From: Octopus sinensis
Lineage: Eukaryota
Length of the DNA stretch: 64,000 bases
Reading direction: 5' to 3'
Assembly: GCF_006345805.1 (NCBI RefSeq)
Contig: NC_043011.1
Span: 13,528,464 to 13,592,463 of the forward strand
The notes below the pieces were generated by a model, which made no database searches, was not told where the DNA came from, and saw nothing but the letters and a program-made list of their open reading frames with translations. Of this stretch, positions 13,062-25,870 are shown piece by piece. Each line of letters opens with the position of its first letter. The first letter of the stretch is position 1. The translations under genes were made by a program, and so were the position numbers.

Positions 13062-13371
13062 ATTTTTTTTTGTTTGTTCCTTCTCGAGCCATGCCTGGCT
13101 CATAAGGGCCGGTTTCCCGGTTTCCTTGGCGTATAGGTTCCCCACCTGGACGGGACGCCGGTCCGTCGCAGGTGAGCTGTAAGATGCAGAAGGAAAGAGT
13201 GAGAGAAAGTTGTAGCGAAAGAGTCAGCAGAAGCTCGCCATTACCTTCTGCCAGAGCTGCGTGGAGCTTAGGTGTTTCGCTCATAAACACACACATTGTC
13301 CGGTCTGAGATTCGAACCCGCGATCCCTCGACCGCGAGTCCGCTGCTCTAACCACAAGGCCATGTGCCTCC
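13062..13371 (-). mobile_element. tRNA-derived SINE family C (V-domain-like core)
   Basis: tRNA-Arg-like head GGAGGCACATGGCC..GGACTCGCGGTC, GCGACGGACCGGCGTCCCGTCCAGG motif, and TSD AATACTTATT. Confidence 0.88.
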
Positions 13372-14033
13372 AATACTTATTTTTTTGCACAACAATGTCA
13401 CGTCATTCTTGTTGCCCATCAACTATTCTGATAGCAATTTTAACAATGACAAGTGTGTTGTATTTCTGTTCATGTTCAGCAGCTGCAAGTTTGTCTTTTT
13501 TGATGATGATTTTGCGATTTTTCTTGTGGCTCACGTGCTCCATATTTTGGTACGGATGATTTTAGTGAAGCATTTCCTCTAACTTCAAGAGGATATACAG
13601 CATTAATCTGCCATCGATATTGATGAATCATTATCGAACCTCTGTTTCATTATCGTCCAGAAATGAAACCTGCACAAATTTGTGAGGCTTCTCAAGTAGT
13701 ACTATTAATCTTGCGTTAGTCACTTCAGACTTCCAAGAATAGATAATCCACTGGGATGGTCATACACCACAAGACAAAAATGCTGATAGCGTTAGAATTA
13801 TGTGAAATACTGTTATACTGCTGGAAAAAAAAATTACAGACAATCTGCGTTACAATATATATTAAATTAAAACTCGAACTGAAGATATAATTATTCATTG
13901 AAATAAAAATTATAATAAATTATAATAAATTTGTTGCATATGTTGTCAAAAGTAGGCGAAACTCACCAATATAATAACAGAGAGAAGGTTTATTTATCAA
14001 AAATAGCCACAAATGGAAAGAAAAATCAATTGG

Positions 14034-14166
14034 CTAACCAACCACATGGTTCCGGGTTCAGTCCCATTGCGTGGCATCTTGGGCAAGTGTCTTCTGCTAA
14101 AGCCCCGGGCCGACCAATGCCTTGTGAGTGGATTTGGTAGACGGAAACTGAAAGAAGCCTGTCGTA

Positions 14167-14198
<32 letters not shown>

Positions 14199-14426
14199 AT
14201 GTGTGTGTATGTATGTGTGTGTGTTTGTCCCCCTAACATTGCTTGACAACCGATGTTGGTGTGTTTACATCCCCGTCACTTAGAGGTTCGGCAAAAATGA
14301 TGGATAGAATAAGTACAGGGCTTACAAAGAATAAGTCCCGGGGTTGATTTGCTCCACTAAAGGCGGTGCTCCAGCATGGCCGCAGTCAAATGACTGAAAC
14401 AAGTAAAAGAGTAAAAGAGTAAAGAG
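14034..14426 (+). mobile_element. SINE family B (composite, internal microsatellite), 5'-truncated
   Basis: Matches the copies at 15008, 16535, 43090, 53181, 60724 and 62642. Tail gactgaaacaagtaaaagag. Confidence 0.85.
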
Positions 14427-15007
14427 ATAGTTCATTATATAGCTATTACCGATACACTACTGGTTGAAGACAAAGTGACGTCTGCCCTCCACGACAAGTA
14501 AGCTACAACTGCACCACACCGCGTGCTGGACACTCTCACTGAGTCAGATGAGAAATTATGGGGTAACAAAACACCCCATATCATAAAACGCAGGGTTGGA
14601 CGGCAGCACCATTCCTGAAATTTATACATTATATGGAATCAAAAATGAGCCATATTTTTGCCAGCTCCGAATGGTGTAACTTAAAGTACTGAATTAGATT
14701 TCTGAAGGCAGTAATATAAATGTGCTTCTAAAAGGTCCTGTAAGAGCAGAATCTTGAGGAATTCAGGAAGCCCTTGTGTTACTGGAAGGAGGAGATTGTC
14801 TCCTGAGAAGTATCTGCTTAGTTTTTCTGAAGGCCACTTCCCGGCATAGCAATTGAAAGTTTTGTGATATGTCGATTGCTGCTGTAGCGTTTTGGGGTGT
14901 CATAAGAGAGGAAAAACCCCTCATCAGCCAGTTTATATTTCTAGTGGCTTGTGCTTCTCTCTCTGCAGAAAGATTTACATAATTAGCGTTTCTCCAAATT
15001 TTACATT

Positions 15008-15220
15008 TACTCTTTACTCTTTTACTTGTTTCAGTCATTTTGACTGCGGCCATGCTGGAGCACCGCCTTTTGTCGAGTAAAATCGACCCCAGGACTTATT
15101 CTTTGTAAGCCTAGTACTTATTCTATCGATCTCTTTTGCCGAACCGCTAAGTTACGGGGACGTAAACACACCAGCATCGGTTGTCAAGCGATGTTGGGGG
15201 GGGGGACAAACACAGACACA

Positions 15221-15286
<66 letters not shown>

Positions 15287-15495
15287 TATATATATATACA
15301 CACACATATATATATATATATACACATATATACGACGGGCTTCTTTCAGTTTCCGTCTACCAAATCCACTCAGAAGGCTTTGGTCGGCCCGAGGCTATAG
15401 TGGAAGACACTTGCCCAAGATGCCACGCAGTGGGACTGAACCCGGAACCATGTGGTTGGTAAGCAAGCTACTTACCACACAGCCACTCCTGCGCC
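15008..15495 (-). mobile_element. SINE family B, full length
   Basis: Head GGCGCAGGAGTGGCTGTGTGGTAAG, B box GGTTCAGTCCC, internal (TA/CA)n and (GTAAAAGA)n tail. Confidence 0.9.
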
Positions 15496-16024
15496 TATAT
15501 GTTTATTTCTCATTATATCATCCTTTTGCAAAAGCAGTCCTTTATTTTGATCCAAAGGGTATTGTTTTGTTCCCATTCCGAATTTATACGTTCGTACGTA
15601 TAAATTAGGAGTGGAAATCCTGTTAGGAGTTACACGGCCCTTTCGAGCTTCTTCACTTCTAAGACCTAAGTGAGTATCACGTAAGGCTAGAGATGGGAGC
15701 GATGACCTCCCTTGCAAATGCTATACGGATACAGACTGTGTGTCGATGGCCAGCTGGAAAAGATGTTTTCCTGGGGCTAAAACAACAGTCACATCCTCCT
15801 TTATATAGGACTGCCACATTCTGTTGGCATATAAACTTTAGTATATGTGTGTGTGTATGTGAATGTGCGTAATTTTATAATTACTTGATTTTAACCTTAT
15901 TTTTAACCTTATTGACAGCTTTTAACCTTATTTTAACCTAATTATTATCAATAAATCTATAAACATTAGAGAGTTCACTCTAGTTTTGATTTACGAGAAT
16001 TATCAAAACAATTTAAATACATAA

Positions 16025-17380
16025 CTATAGTGGAAATTTATTATAATACAATATGATATAATGCTTTGTATTTGTAGGCAAAGAATTCGTCTTTTGCAAG
16101 GATTTCTTCAACGTCGAAAAACTGCATTCTACAGCAGAGGATGTCGCATGAGATTGCACCAGATCTGCATATTCCGCAGGTGTAAGTCTGTGGTTCATTA
16201 GTCGAATTATCACGTTCCAGCACACGATCTCAGATGAAGTCACTCACTATGCAAGTACATTCCCAAATTAATTTGGTTTTTATTGAATCTAAAATCAATG
16301 TAATTCATGATGCAACATGGGTCTTCATTGAATCTCAATTCTTTGAGACGTTTGTGAGCATCATATACGGTGAAAACAGTTGACTCAGCTTTCAAAATCA
16401 ACTCTTTTGACTGTCGATATTTTGAACAGATTTGGGTGAGGATAATCCTAATCTCAGGATTTTGCACAGCTTTTCCCGCTCTCAGCATCAAAATACTCTC
16501 GCCCTCAAAACTTTCTACAATTATTGTAACTCTCTTTCTCTCTTTTTCTCTCTTTTTACTTGTTTCAGTCATTTGACTGCGGCCATGCTGGAGCACAGCC
16601 TTTAGTCGAGCAGATCGACCCCGGGACTTATTCTTTGTAAGCCCAGTACTTATTCTATCGGTCTCTTTTGACGAACCGCTAAGTGACGGGGACGTAAACA
16701 CACCAGTATCGGTTGTCAAGCAATGCTAGAGGGACAAACACAGACACACAAACATATGCACACACATACATATATATATACATATATACGACAGGCTTCT
16801 TTCAGTTTCCGCCTACCAAATCCACTCACAAGGCTTTGGTCGGTCCGAGGCTATAGCAGAAGACACTTGCCCAAGGTGCCACGCAGTGGGACTGAACCCG
16901 GAACCATGTGGTTGGTAAGCAAGCTACTTACCACACAGCCACTCCTGCAAGTTTCTTGGCATTGTTATTTCCAGTACCCAACCAGCTACCTTACCCGGTC
17001 ACAATTGGCTGAGATGGAGTATCTGATTGTTTTGAATTTCTCTCGACGGTGTTTGGTTTTTAGAGTTGCAGCCGTGGCAGTGGAAAGCAGACAATTGACC
17101 GCAGGACAGAACACCTTTGTACTTAGAGCACAAATATGCAGTAGGGGGGAGAAGCAGGATACACGGAATAGCTTGGGATACAACACAGATTGAGGTGGCA
17201 GAGGCTTATGGATAGATTTAAAGAGTCTTCTCAAACTTGGATTAGTGAGCTCAATAAGGCAATGACAAAAGAATTTCACGATCAACTTCAAAAAGATCCA
17301 GCAACGCAACAGCGAAAGAAAATGATTAAATTTAATTAACCTCAGATAGAAATGTTCATAATAGTTAGCAACAAATTTAA
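16025..17380 (-). mobile_element. Degenerate hAT-like transposase fragment interrupted by SINE B
   Basis: AVNCLLSTATAATLKTKHRREKF (ORF 16986-17393) and the C-terminal dimerisation-like ATSSAVECSFSTLKK..YIILYYN (ORF 16025-16243). Confidence 0.55.
16535..16948 (-). mobile_element. SINE family B
   Basis: Matches the family-B consensus. Confidence 0.88.
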
Positions 17381-17383
17381 ACA

Positions 17384-17463
<80 letters not shown>

Positions 17464-17530
17464 GGTAGTAAATCTAAACTTACAGGGGAAAAAATTAGAT
17501 TGAGGATTTACTCAAATTTCACAGTATAAA

Positions 17531-17824
17531 TATAAATTAAATTAGAGATAAAATCACTATTAGGCAAATAAAGCAGTGAAAAACATAAACCAAAACATAA
17601 AAATAAATATAATTAATATAATATACAAAATATATAAAATATAAAATTTAAAATTAAATTTATAAATATAAATTAAAAATTTTAAATTTAAACAATTTAA
17701 TTTTAAATTTTATATTTTATATATTTTGTATATTATATTAATTATATTTATTTTTATGTTTTGTTTATGTTTTTCACTGTTTGATTTGCCTAATAGTGGT
17801 TTTATCTCTAATTTAATTTGTATA
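17531..17824. repeat. AT-rich inverted duplication (~130-bp arms), related to the 7651-8003 element
   Basis: The ttagagataaaatcactattaggc... arm is mirrored at 17694-17824. The head at 17462-17525 resembles the reverse complement of 7940-8000. Confidence 0.85.
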
Positions 17825-17839
17825 TATATATATATTATA

Positions 17840-17870
<31 letters not shown>

Positions 17871-17872
17871 AT

Positions 17873-19653
17873 AGAATGAATGTTTTTATATATAATGAAC
17901 GTGAAATACAGGAAGGGACGAACACGGAACACAGACAAATCATTCGAAGCCTTCAATCTTCAGTCAGACACCGAATCATCATAGCAAATTTCGGCTGTTC
18001 AATTCTGATATTTGCTCCAACTCGGCCAGCCCCAAGAAAAAAACTAAGCTGTAAGCATTAGATTTCTTGGTAGAAGACAGGAATGTGAACGCACAAGACG
18101 GATGTGAATACAAGAGACGAAAACGAAATTGAAAACAGTAATGAATAAACAAAACATATATAACGATGGTTGTCATACGACTTTAGACCAAATGAGACAA
18201 AAACACAACAACAACATAGCTGGCGTAGAAATAATTACCGTTTCGGTAGCGGGGACACATGTTGGTCGAGATACGAAGGCCAACAGAATGGTTTAAGAAG
18301 CAGCAGGTCGCAGGAGAGAGAGAAAAAGAGAGACAGAGAGAGAGGGAATCAAAGAGGCTGGAAGGCAGGGGACAGAATCAGTGACCAAGAGAAAAGGAGA
18401 AAGAAGGGATTAAGGAGGATGGGAGGAAGAGGGGAGGAAGAGAGGGGAAGAATCGGAGGGCGCCAAAAAGTTTGGTGAAGAAGCAATGGCGGGTAGTAAA
18501 AGACAGTGTGTATAGAAGTCGTGCAGGGTTTAAAATTGGACAAACAAACGGGGGGGTGCACGTAACGCCGCAATAATATAAGAATGAATGTTTTTATATA
18601 TAATGAACGTGAAATACAGGAAGGGACGAACACGGAACACAGACAAATCATTCGAAGCCTTCAATCTTCAGTCAGACACCGAATCATCATAGCAAATTTC
18701 GGCTGTTCAATTCTGATATTTGCTCCAACTCGGCCAGCCCCAAGAAAAAAACTAAGCTGTAAGCATTAGATTTCTTGGTAGAAGACAGGAATGTGAACGC
18801 ACAAGACGGATGTGAATACAAGAGACGAAAACGAAATTGAAAACAGTAATGAATAAACAAAACATATATAACGATGGTTGTCATACGACTTTAGACCAAA
18901 TGAGACAAAAACACAACAACAACATAGCTGGCGTAGAAATAATTACCGTTTCGGTAGCGGGGACACATGTTGGTCGAGATACGAAGGCCAACAGAATGGT
19001 TTAAGAAGCAGCAGGTCGCAGGAGAGAGAGAAAAAGAGAGACAGAGAGAGAGGGAATCAAAGAGGCTGGAAGGCAGGGGACAGAATCAGTGACCAAGAGA
19101 AAAGGAGAAAGAAGGGATTAAGGAGGATGGGAGGAAGAGGGGAGGAAGAGAGGGGAAGAATCGGAGGGCGCCAAAAAGTTTGGTGAAGAAGCAATGGCGG
19201 GTAGTAAAAGACAGTGTGTATAGAAGTCGTGCAGGGTTTAAAATTGGACAAACAAACGGGGGGGTGCACGTAACGCCGCAATAATATAAGAATGAATGTT
19301 TTTATATATAATGAACGTGAAATACAGGAAGGGACGAACACGGAACACAGACAAATCATTCGAAGCCTTCAATCTTCAGTCAGACACCGAATCATCATAG
19401 CAAATTTCGGCTGTTCAATTCTGATATTTGCTCCAACTCGGCCAGCCCCAAGAAAAAAACTAAGCTGTAAGCATTAGATTTCTTGGTAGAAGACAGGAAT
19501 GTGAACGCACAAGACGGATGTGAATACAAGAGACGAAAACGAAATTGAAAACAGTAATGAATAAACAAAACATATATAACGATGGTTGTCATACGACTTT
19601 AGACCAAATGAGACAAAAACACAACAACAACATAGCTGGCGTAGAAATAATTA
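17873..19653. repeat. Tandem array of a 708-bp unit, 2.5 copies, flanked by (TA)n
   Basis: Units start at 17873, 18581 and 19289. Identical ORFs recur at 708-bp period (18170/18878; 17979/18687/19395). Confidence 0.97.
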
Positions 19654-20087
19654 TATATATATATCGAAATATTATTGAGAAACAGCTAGCGTACTGTATA
19701 TTTTCGTGCAGTGATAATGGTAAAGTTAAAATTCCTAAATAACAGGTGCAAAGAATTAAAACTGTAAGTAGATACACTTACAATTAGATGGTAATAAATA
19801 ATTCTATTCTTAAAGATGCCTGTTTCATGAATTGGAAAAAAAAAGATGCAAATAATCAATATTAGTGGTTGGTATCGGTCACAATGATTATTATTGGTAA
19901 AAGACCCAATATTTGTCTTACAGAAAATCTATAGGGGCATGCTAGGCTTTCGTTTGAGTTCAAATGACTGGGCGCACTTCGAGTCGAATAATTTTAGATA
20001 TCGAAGAGTAGGACAAGCCATAGGGAGTGATAAAAATGGCTCCGATGAAGTAATCCAATACAACAGCTCTACCAAAAGCTAGCAGAA

Positions 20088-20398
20088 ATATCACGTGATC
20101 ACGTGACCGACCAGGCTATCAGATGTTGCTACACATCGCTGGTCACAATGCGCTTCGCATTGTTTTAGCCTTCAAATGACGCCACCCCGCTGGTTAAGCG
20201 AGCAGGCAAACAGAAGAAAGAGTGAGAGAAAGTTGTGGCGAAAGAGTACAACAGGGGTCGCCACCACCCACTTCCGGAGCCTCGTGGAACTTTAGGTGTT
20301 TTCGCTCATAAACACACACAACGCCCGGTCTGGGAATCGAAACTGCGATCCTCCGATCGCGAGTCCGCTGCCCTAACCACTGGGCCATTGCGCCTCTA
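20088..20398 (-). mobile_element. SINE family C variant with a different 3' tail
   Basis: tRNA-like head GAGGCGCAATGGCCCAGTGGTTAGGGCAGCGGACTCGCG. Confidence 0.8.
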
Positions 20399-21158
20399 CA
20401 GCAGAAATATATATATCAAAATTTAGGTTTAATCGATACATAAAATTATATATCAATGAATTTACATATGCCTTTCAGTTTAATTATGCTGATAAAAGAA
20501 ATTCTTTCTTGTGAAATCTCATTTTCTAAAGTTTTATTTTAGATTGTTGCACGATTTTAACTTAATTAGGCGGTTTCTTGTCCAAAGTACCACGCAGTAG
20601 AACTGAACCCCGGAACCATTTAGTTGGAAAGCAAGCTTCTTACCACACAGCCACACCGCCACCTTTGCAAAGCTACTTTTCGTTGCTATTTTGAAACAGT
20701 CTTGATGAGGCAGTCTGATTAAATTTTGAAGAGAGACGTGTAGAGTGAACCAGAATATTTAATATTGTGGACGTTCTGTTTGCTTTAGTACCACGATACC
20801 AAAGCAGACAGGGCATTTAAAAATGACAGGGCGTCTCTACAATAAAGGTCATCCCGATGAATGCAATGGGAACAGACTGCAGGGGTCAACAAGACAAAGC
20901 TCATAAAAAAGGGAGTTGGCTGTGAGACAATAAAGTTTAATTTTATTTCATAAAAATATGAAAAAAATAAAAGGTTTTGTTACGAATTATGAAATAAAAC
21001 ATTTACAGGAAGTGACGGCAATTAATACTATTCAATTAAATTACAGTAATCCCATAGAATATAGGCCTACAGCATCATAATAGATATACGTTCATGTGTA
21101 CGTTAATTACGAAAAACTACTGACAGCAAGCTAACAAATACATGCACTCATTACAACA

Positions 21159-21159
<1 letters not shown>

Positions 21160-21219
<60 letters not shown>

Positions 21220-21476
21220 ATAATAATAATAATAATAATAATAGGGAACTACTCATATCCTACGCAAAATACTTTCTATGTAATCTCAAGTTTTAAAACA
21301 AACATAATTTTCGTATGCTTCTTTTAGACATTCACTAGTACAACACTAAGTACAAAACCAAATATATGGCACCCTAGGCATACATAGCACCAACATGAAC
21401 TTCCAGCTTGTTTTCTCTTGAGGTCTCTGGTTGAGACTTGGAGCCAACATGTACAAATGTAAAGCAAAAGTCAAAC

Positions 21477-21529
<53 letters not shown>

Positions 21530-21566
21530 TAATAATAACAATAACAATAATAATAATAACAATAAC

Positions 21567-21634
<68 letters not shown>
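21160..21634. repeat. (CTA)n(TAA)n and long (TAA/CAA)n trinucleotide tracts
   Basis: Read directly at 21160-21243 and 21478-21634. Confidence 0.95.
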
Positions 21635-21636
<2 letters not shown>

Positions 21637-21639
21637 TAT

Positions 21640-21864
21640 ACCTTTCTGCTATAGGCAGAAATTTGGGGGAGGGCACTAGTCGATTACATCGACCGCAGTA
21701 CGCAACTGGTACTTAATTTATAGACTCCGAAAGGATGAAAGGCAAAGTCGACGTTGGCGGAATCTGAATTCAGAACATAAAGACGGGCGAAATACCGCTA
21801 ATAGGCACAAGGCCTGGAGTTTTGTGGGGAGGGGGACAATCGATCACATCAACTCCCAGTACTT
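21640..21864 (-). mobile_element. SINE family A fragments
   Basis: Reverse-complement family-A core plus a second tail fragment. Confidence 0.75.
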
Positions 21865-21865
21865 G

Positions 21866-22424
21866 AATGGAGGAAGCTTTCGTACCAAGAACGACTTCAG
21901 ATCTTCACTTTGCAAATCAGAGTGAGCTAGATGATTTGATCAGAGATGTGGGTCTTACTAAGTCAGGAGCTGAACTACTTTCATCAAGGTTGAAGGAATG
22001 GAATCTACTAGGGGAAGACCGCAAGACATCTTTGTACCGGAAAAGCCATGAAGAATTTGAAATTTACTATGAAAATATTAATGATCTGTGTTATTGTAAA
22101 GATGTGATTGGTTTGTTTACTGCTATTGGACTCAAGCATGATTCTGTAGAATGGCGACTGTTCATAGATAGCTCAACACGAAGTCTCAAAGCAGTGTTGC
22201 TCCACAATGGAAATAAATATCCTTCTTTGTCTCTTGCTAGCTCCATACAGAAGAAAGAAAATTACAATAATGTCGAAGAACTTCTCGACAAAATAAATTA
22301 CACTGAGTTCAAGTGGGATGTTTGTGGTGATTTCAAGATGCTTGCCTTCTTGCTTGGCTTGCAAGGGAGGTGCACAAAGTACTCATGTTTCCTTTGCTTA
22401 TGGCACAGCAGAGCTGATGATAAT
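21866..22424 (+). mobile_element. Chapaev3-type (CMC superfamily) transposase fragment
   Basis: WRLFIDSSTRSLKAVLLHNGNKYPS..WDVCGDFKMLAFLLGLQGRCTKYSCFLCLWHSR matches my recollection of Chapaev3 transposase motifs. About 185 codons are open. Confidence 0.8.
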
Positions 22425-22605
22425 CATTTGAACTCAGCACCGCTGAGCATTTTGCCCGGCGTGCTAACGACCCTGCCAGCTTGCCGTCTTACGTTGATAT
22501 TAATATTGATTTTACATCTTGGCACAAGGCCATCGGTTCTGGGGCGATGTATTCGACATCCTCTCCCCGAAAGTGCTGGCCTTGTGCCAAAATTTGAAAC
22601 CAGTA

Positions 22606-22652
<47 letters not shown>

Positions 22653-22926
22653 TATATATATAAGTAATGAGGGAGATAAATTAATATTAATTTTAATATC
22701 AATTTAAAACCAGTAGTCCAGCATACATAAAGTCTGAGAAATCAGAGAAAATTCTAATATATGTGTATATTGGCAGGGCAAGACTGCTAGGTAGTCGGCC
22801 GTATGCTAGAAATAGATCATCAACGATCAAACTACAAAGAAAGTTCTCTAGAGGAAAAATTCAGCGAACACCAGAACCAAATTTGGCGGGCAGGACAGAT
22901 GAAAATTTATATAAAAAACAGAATTA

Positions 22927-23003
22927 ATTGCATACCTCGGTTTCGGCCTTTAACAAAAGAATTACATACATAATTCAAATGTCCGTGGCCTCATCAGTAC
23001 AAT
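22927..23003 (-). ncRNA. Type I hammerhead ribozyme motif with extended stem II
   Basis: Minus strand: AUUGUA-CUGAUGA-GGCC-(38 nt)-GGCC-GAAAC-cgag-GUA-UGCAAU, with a 6-bp stem I and an intact core. Confidence 0.78.
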
Positions 23004-23197
23004 CGTTCAGCGTAAATGCAATCTGAAAAACTAACCCCAGCTTTCTGTGCCAAGACAGACACGTGCTTAGTTTTACCTATTCCATTAGGGATAAAATTTC
23101 AAATGTCTTAGTTCCGGCGCGCTAAAAAATTCCTGAAGCGAAGAACTGCAGTAAATAATTCACTGCGGTTAGTGCTTGATATATATATATATATGTA

Positions 23198-23372
23198 GGG
23201 AGAGTTTACGAAAAAAATAACAAAAGACGAAGACAGGTGGTGTACAAAACAAACGGATGTATTAGTATAACGCTCAGGAATATAAAAAGTCTTTTACGTT
23301 TCGAGCCTACGCTCTTCTACAGAAAGGGACACAGGGAAAATAGACGAGGAGAGAAACAGGGAGAGAAAAAAT
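23198..23372 (-). mobile_element. Short dispersed pLTR-like repeat with a hammerhead-like motif
   Basis: Homologous to 4175-4360. Motif CTGTAGAA-GAGC-GTAG-GCTC-GAAACGTA at about 23295-23322. Confidence 0.65.
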
Positions 23373-23374
23373 GT

Positions 23375-25870
23375 GTGTAACGATCTAAAGTAATGATAAT
23401 AATAATAGTTTTACGTAAAGTTCGAAGGTTTTTTGACGTCGTGGTGTATTGCAAGGATTCTTCATCAAGAGTAGAGTCCACAGTGATCCGTAGGTGGGAG
23501 AGGTGCAGCCGGAGGGTAAATATCCCAGCGGAGAAGTTCGTGTGTGATAAGAAATGACAGTGCGACCAAGATTGTATCTGGTCAGTGAATTTGTTACGAC
23601 AACCAAACTTCCATAGCGTTGATCTGTTGACTCTGTCAAATGTCTTGGTGAGACCAATAAAGCATCGATACAAGTCAAGATTCTGCTCAACACACTTTTC
23701 CTGAATTTGTCGTGTAGAAAATATTATGTCGACAGTTATTCCTCTTTGTGCTCTATAAACATACTGCGCTTCTAGAAGAATGTCATTTGCCACTGCTGAA
23801 ATCAATCTGTTCGGCAAAACTCTTGCGAAAACTGCCCACCACAGAGAGCAGCGCGATGCTGCGTAAATTTCCACACTCAGATTTCGCACCGTTCTTAAGC
23901 AGGGATACCATGCTTACGTCTCTCCAGTTTTGAGATGTTGATGAGTTCCATGCATGAGAAGTTAATCTCACAGCATACTTTTCAGCTTATCCACCCCACA
24001 TTTCAGGTATTTCATCGATGCCTGATTTCCGTTCTTCATTTGTGCTATGGCTTTGTTGACTTCTTGATTTGGGCCGTCATCTAAACATTCCTTAAAGGGC
24101 AGCTACTGAATATCGAGTAGTACAGATTCATCAATTTCTCTATTACCCTATTCAGTAGCCCGCTACAGTGTTTCCGCCATCTAGCTTGTATTTTATTTCA
24201 ATCTTCGACCTTAACAGGAGCAAACGGTGGCTCTTATGGACCATAGACTTCTTTCTGCAATTGCTACATTGCCTTAGAATCTCTAGCATCTGATGCCCTT
24301 TGAAAGGCTTGAGCCTTTTATTCCCACCAAATATCCAGGATGCTACGCAAACGCCTTTAGACTTCACCTTTCATTTTCCTTAATAGTTCGATTGCTTTAT
24401 TCTTATCTATTGAAGATATATTCAGAAATGTCCTTTCACGTAGTCTTTGATCTTCTTCCAGCGAGCTGCAAATCTTCTCATTCTCATCGAATCAGTCTTG
24501 GTGTTGCCGTTTTCTAATGTTCAGTGTTTCCTTAGATGTGTTAAATATTTTTTCTCGAAATCCCCCCATAAATTCACCAAGTTAAAAAGTTCCAGACTGT
24601 CAACGACTGATATCAAGAATTTTCAGATTCTCTTCACTAGAGTTTGCTCACATCAAGCTTTTTGCATGCGCTGAAACTTAGAGCATATCTTCAGCCTACA
24701 GTTGATTCGGATAAATCGATGATCACTCCAGCACCCAGCATCTCTCATGACTTCCACTGTTTACCTACCTTGTGGATCATGCTTTCTAGTGATGATAAAG
24801 TCAATCGTAAGCCAGTGCTTTAAAAGTGGGTGCATCCGTGCCCCTTTGTTCTTGCTTTTTTGACGATAGAAAGAGTTTCTGATAGCCAAGTTGTATTCAT
24901 TGCAACTGTAATCCATTGATGTTGGTTTCACCAAGACCGTGTCTTTTGTAGGCAGTGCCAAATATAATGTTCAGCTCTAATTTCTAATGTTCCCATTAGA
25001 AATATCTTGTTACCCTTGTGAGAATCAAATTACAAATTCTTCAGATCAGCATGGAACAGTAAAATACCATCCTCCGATTGTGTCATTGTGGAAGCATATA
25101 CACTGACCATAGTGACGTGTCTTTTTTCGTCAATTGTAGTCGAAGGCTTGTTATTCTATCTAATGTGCCAAAAAGACCATTTTTCGAGCTTCTCGACTAA
25201 CTTGGTCCTCATTGCATATCCTACACTACTCATTCCCTTCTCTTTCCCTGCTTTTCCTTCCCAAAAGTCTGTACAACTTGCACTGATTTTGGTAATCTGG
25301 CCTTCGTTAGCAAGATGTGTTTCTGAAAATGCAGTAATATCAATGTCGTATCTTCTTAATTCCTCTGCTAAAAGAGGAATCGGAACTTTTCGGTTTGAAC
25401 GGCAGTTTTTTAAAATAATTTCCACGTAACTAAACACTTTTAAACTTCGTATACTGGTAGAATGTGTTTATAAAACATCTTTTTCTCTTGGCTTTATTGA
25501 GAAAAGTCTATAGTTTGTAAGATATTTGTTGTTGTTTTTCTTCAATGTCTGCAATTTCAACCAATCAATGACGTCCATTGAGGTGAAAACATTCTGTGCC
25601 GTATGAATATGTCCCTCGTTTAAAAAACAGATTGGGTTTATTTACATTTGTGAAGAAAAAAAAGATACCCTTCCCCCCACCCCTAACCCTAACCCTAAAA
25701 CAGATTGAAATACAATAGATCGATACTAGGGTCATAATTATGGGTGACAATTTCATATGATACAGCTAGAAAAAACTGCCGTTCAAACCGAAAAGATCCG
25801 AGGAATCCTTATTTCCGGGCTATTTTCATTTCCTGACTCAAGTAAGGTACAAATATTCCAACAAACAACA
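23375..25870 (-). mobile_element. Decayed RTE-clade LINE (APE endonuclease plus RT), interrupted by a MITE
   Basis: WNICTLL..[MITE]..LLAEELRRYDIDITAFSETHL (EN); HWLTIDFIITR; ECGNLRSIALLSVVG; TVDIIFSTRQIQEKCVEQNLDLYRCFIGLTKTFD (RT). Confidence 0.88.
25382..25799. mobile_element. MITE (Merlin-like), copy 3
   Basis: TIRs with 8-bp TSD GAGGAATC. Confidence 0.92.

Larger units (their letters stand above)
11186..13760 (-). mobile_element. Decayed Helitron Rep-helicase relic with three nested insertions
   Basis: Minus-strand remnants in the expected order: IIIKKDKLAAAEHEQKYN..RDIVVQ; LYGQDGY; YIHIRDAIISDGDLRNIG; AYINVEYYNSIKAMRY..DEIK; and the PIF1-like QHIALTVVSSDITATFL. Confidence 0.8.

Noticed and set aside
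14763-15053. ORF next to a TTTCTGCAG acceptor-like site
   Set aside because: It starts within SINE B, has no recognisable domain and no donor.
21867-22646. 259-aa ORF as a host gene
   Set aside because: It is a Chapaev3-type transposase fragment read through into SINE and (TA)n sequence.
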